This document shows, one piece after another, positions 30,488 through 32,000 of a stretch of DNA of 32,000 nt (position 1 is the stretch's first letter; each line of letters starts with the position of its first letter). Made by a program: the position numbers and the translations under genes. The notes beneath the pieces are model-generated. The model was not told the origin of the DNA and made no database searches. It worked only from the letters and a program-made list of their open reading frames with translations. Source of the stretch: Trichodesmium erythraeum IMS101 (lineage in GTDB: Bacteria > Cyanobacteriota > Cyanobacteriia > Cyanobacteriales > Microcoleaceae); assembly GCF_000014265.1 (NCBI RefSeq), contig NC_008312.1:7718109-7750108 (forward strand). Reading direction: 5' to 3'.

Positions 30488-31471
30488 TTAAACTTTAATT
30501 GCCACCATTTTTTGTACTGCTTCAACAATTTGCTCTGGTTGTACAATTGTTAATCTTTCAAGTAAACCATTATAAGGTGTAGGAATGTCTTGAGAAGACA
30601 ATCGTAAAATAGGAGCATCTAGTTCATCAAATAATTTTTCATTAATTGAGGCAATTAACTCAGCAGCAATACCACCTGTTTTCATACACTCTTCAACAAT
30701 AATCACCCGGTGAGTTTTCTTAATAGAAGCACCAATAGTTTCAAAATCTAAAGGTTTGAGAGATATGAGGTCTATTACCTCCGGGTCATAACCCTGTTTT
30801 TTCAAAGTTTGTACTGCTTGGGTAACGTGATGACGCATTCTCGAATAGGTCAAGATAGTAACATCTTTTCCAGTTTGTACCACTTCTGCTTTATCTAGAG
30901 GTAACAAATACTCATCTTCTGGCAAGTCTTCTTTGAGATTATAAAGAAGGACATGCTCAAAAAATAAGACCGGATTTTCATCACGGATAGCTGATTTAAG
31001 TAAACCTTTGGCGTTGTATGGAGTTGAACAAGCTACTATTTTAAGACCAGGAACAGCTTGAAAATAGGCTTCTAATCTTTGGGAATGCTCTGCACCTAAC
31101 TGACGACCCACACCACCAGGGCCACGAATCACTAATGGAATTTTGAAATTACCACCAGAGGTATAGCGTAACATTCCAGCATTATTGGCAATTTGGTTAA
31201 AGGCCAATAATAAAAATCCCATATTCATGCCTTCAATGATAGGCCGTAGTCCAGTCAGGGCTGAACCTATAGCCATTCCTGTAAAGCTATTTTCTGCAAT
31301 AGGAGTATCAAGAATACGTAGTTCCCCATATTTTTCATAAAGACCTTTGGTCACTTTGTAGGAGCCTCCATAGTGACCTACGTCTTCACCAAGAACATAT
31401 ACAGTTGGGTCGTGAGCCATCTCTTCATCAATAGCTGCACGGAGAGCATTAAATAATAAAGTTTGTGCCAT
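30488..31471 (-). CDS. pdhB: Pyruvate dehydrogenase E1 component, beta subunit
   Basis: 327 aa. '[19 protein letters not shown]', '[27 protein letters not shown]', and a transketolase-like C-terminal domain, typical of E1 beta. Confidence 0.93.
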   Translation of the reverse strand: MAQTLLFNALRAAIDEEMAHDPTVYVLGEDVGHYGGSYKVTKGLYEKYGELRILDTPIAENSFTGMAIGSALTGLRPIIEGMNMGFLLLAFNQIANNAGMLRYTSGGNFKIPLVIRGPGGVGRQLGAEHSQRLEAYFQAVPGLKIVACSTPYNAKGLLKSAIRDENPVLFFEHVLLYNLKEDLPEDEYLLPLDKAEVVQTGKDVTILTYSRMRHHVTQAVQTLKKQGYDPEVIDLISLKPLDFETIGASIKKTHRVIIVEECMKTGGIAAELIASINEKLFDELDAPILRLSSQDIPTPYNGLLERLTIVQPEQIVEAVQKMVAIKV

Positions 31472-32000
31472 TTAACAGGTTGGTTATGTGAGTTAGGTAA
31501 CAATTTCCACTCTGACTTGAGAATCAGATATAGACTTCTAGGGTGAGTTCACCTAATTGTTTTATATATATATTCTAAGATTTGCTTTTAATTCCTCATG
31601 CTTTCCCACGGTGTTAATCAAAAATTACTCAGAATTTTAGCTAATAGCTAATTAAATGTTAATATTAACCTTTTACTGTCTTATCTAAGCAGCTTTTTAA
31701 CTAATTTGACTTGACTTCTGTTTAGCTTTGATTAAAATATTATTATTTATTATTACATATAATTATATCATAAAAAACTATATTTGTCAAGCTAAGATAT
31801 AATTACTATACAAGGCAATATAAGTTATCTTCTTAAATAATTATGTTTAAACTAACTGTTCTATTAGCTAAGTTTTTCGAGAACCTATGTACAAAATTTA
31901 ACTGGATATTGTCAGCAGTATTTTGAAAAAAAATAACTTGTTTGGTAGTTCTGAAAAACAAACTTTTATTGAATAATTTATAAATTTAATTTGCTTTGTT

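Noticed and set aside
1-32000. Scan for tRNA, rRNA and tmRNA genes
   Set aside because: I found no T-loop GGTTCGA(A/T)TCC-type motifs with matching acceptor stems and no rRNA-like conserved blocks by eye. A tRNAscan/Infernal run would be needed to exclude them formally.

Overview
AT-rich cyanobacterial chromosomal window. Cyanobacterial origin is supported by at least six HIP1 GCGATCGC palindromes (e.g. 600, 2511, 23425, 27298, 28366, 29689) and by the gene set. Housekeeping genes: htrA-like Deg protease, def, pdhA, zipN/ftn2, group-1 sigma factor sigA, secD-secF, pdhB. Coding density is very low: the intact CDS I list sum to about 14.6 kb of 32 kb. The gaps hold decayed IS630-family transposases, a TnpB tail and several short repeat families. 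This looks like a Trichodesmium-type low-GC filamentous cyanobacterial genome, which is an inference, not a search result. Most interesting locus: 23344-25976 (minus strand). A small Trypco2-like protein is translationally coupled to a cytoplasmic trypsin-fold protease that continues through one TM helix into an extracytoplasmic LivK-type ligand-binding domain. That protease gene is broken by a 1-nt frameshift in an A8 tract. Other points: a tandem orphan TerD pair split by a GC-rich island; that island belongs to a three-copy GC-rich repeat family; an 8-nt tandem repeat; and a 4.8-kb stretch upstream of sigA with no intact gene. I found no rRNA, tRNA or CRISPR array.
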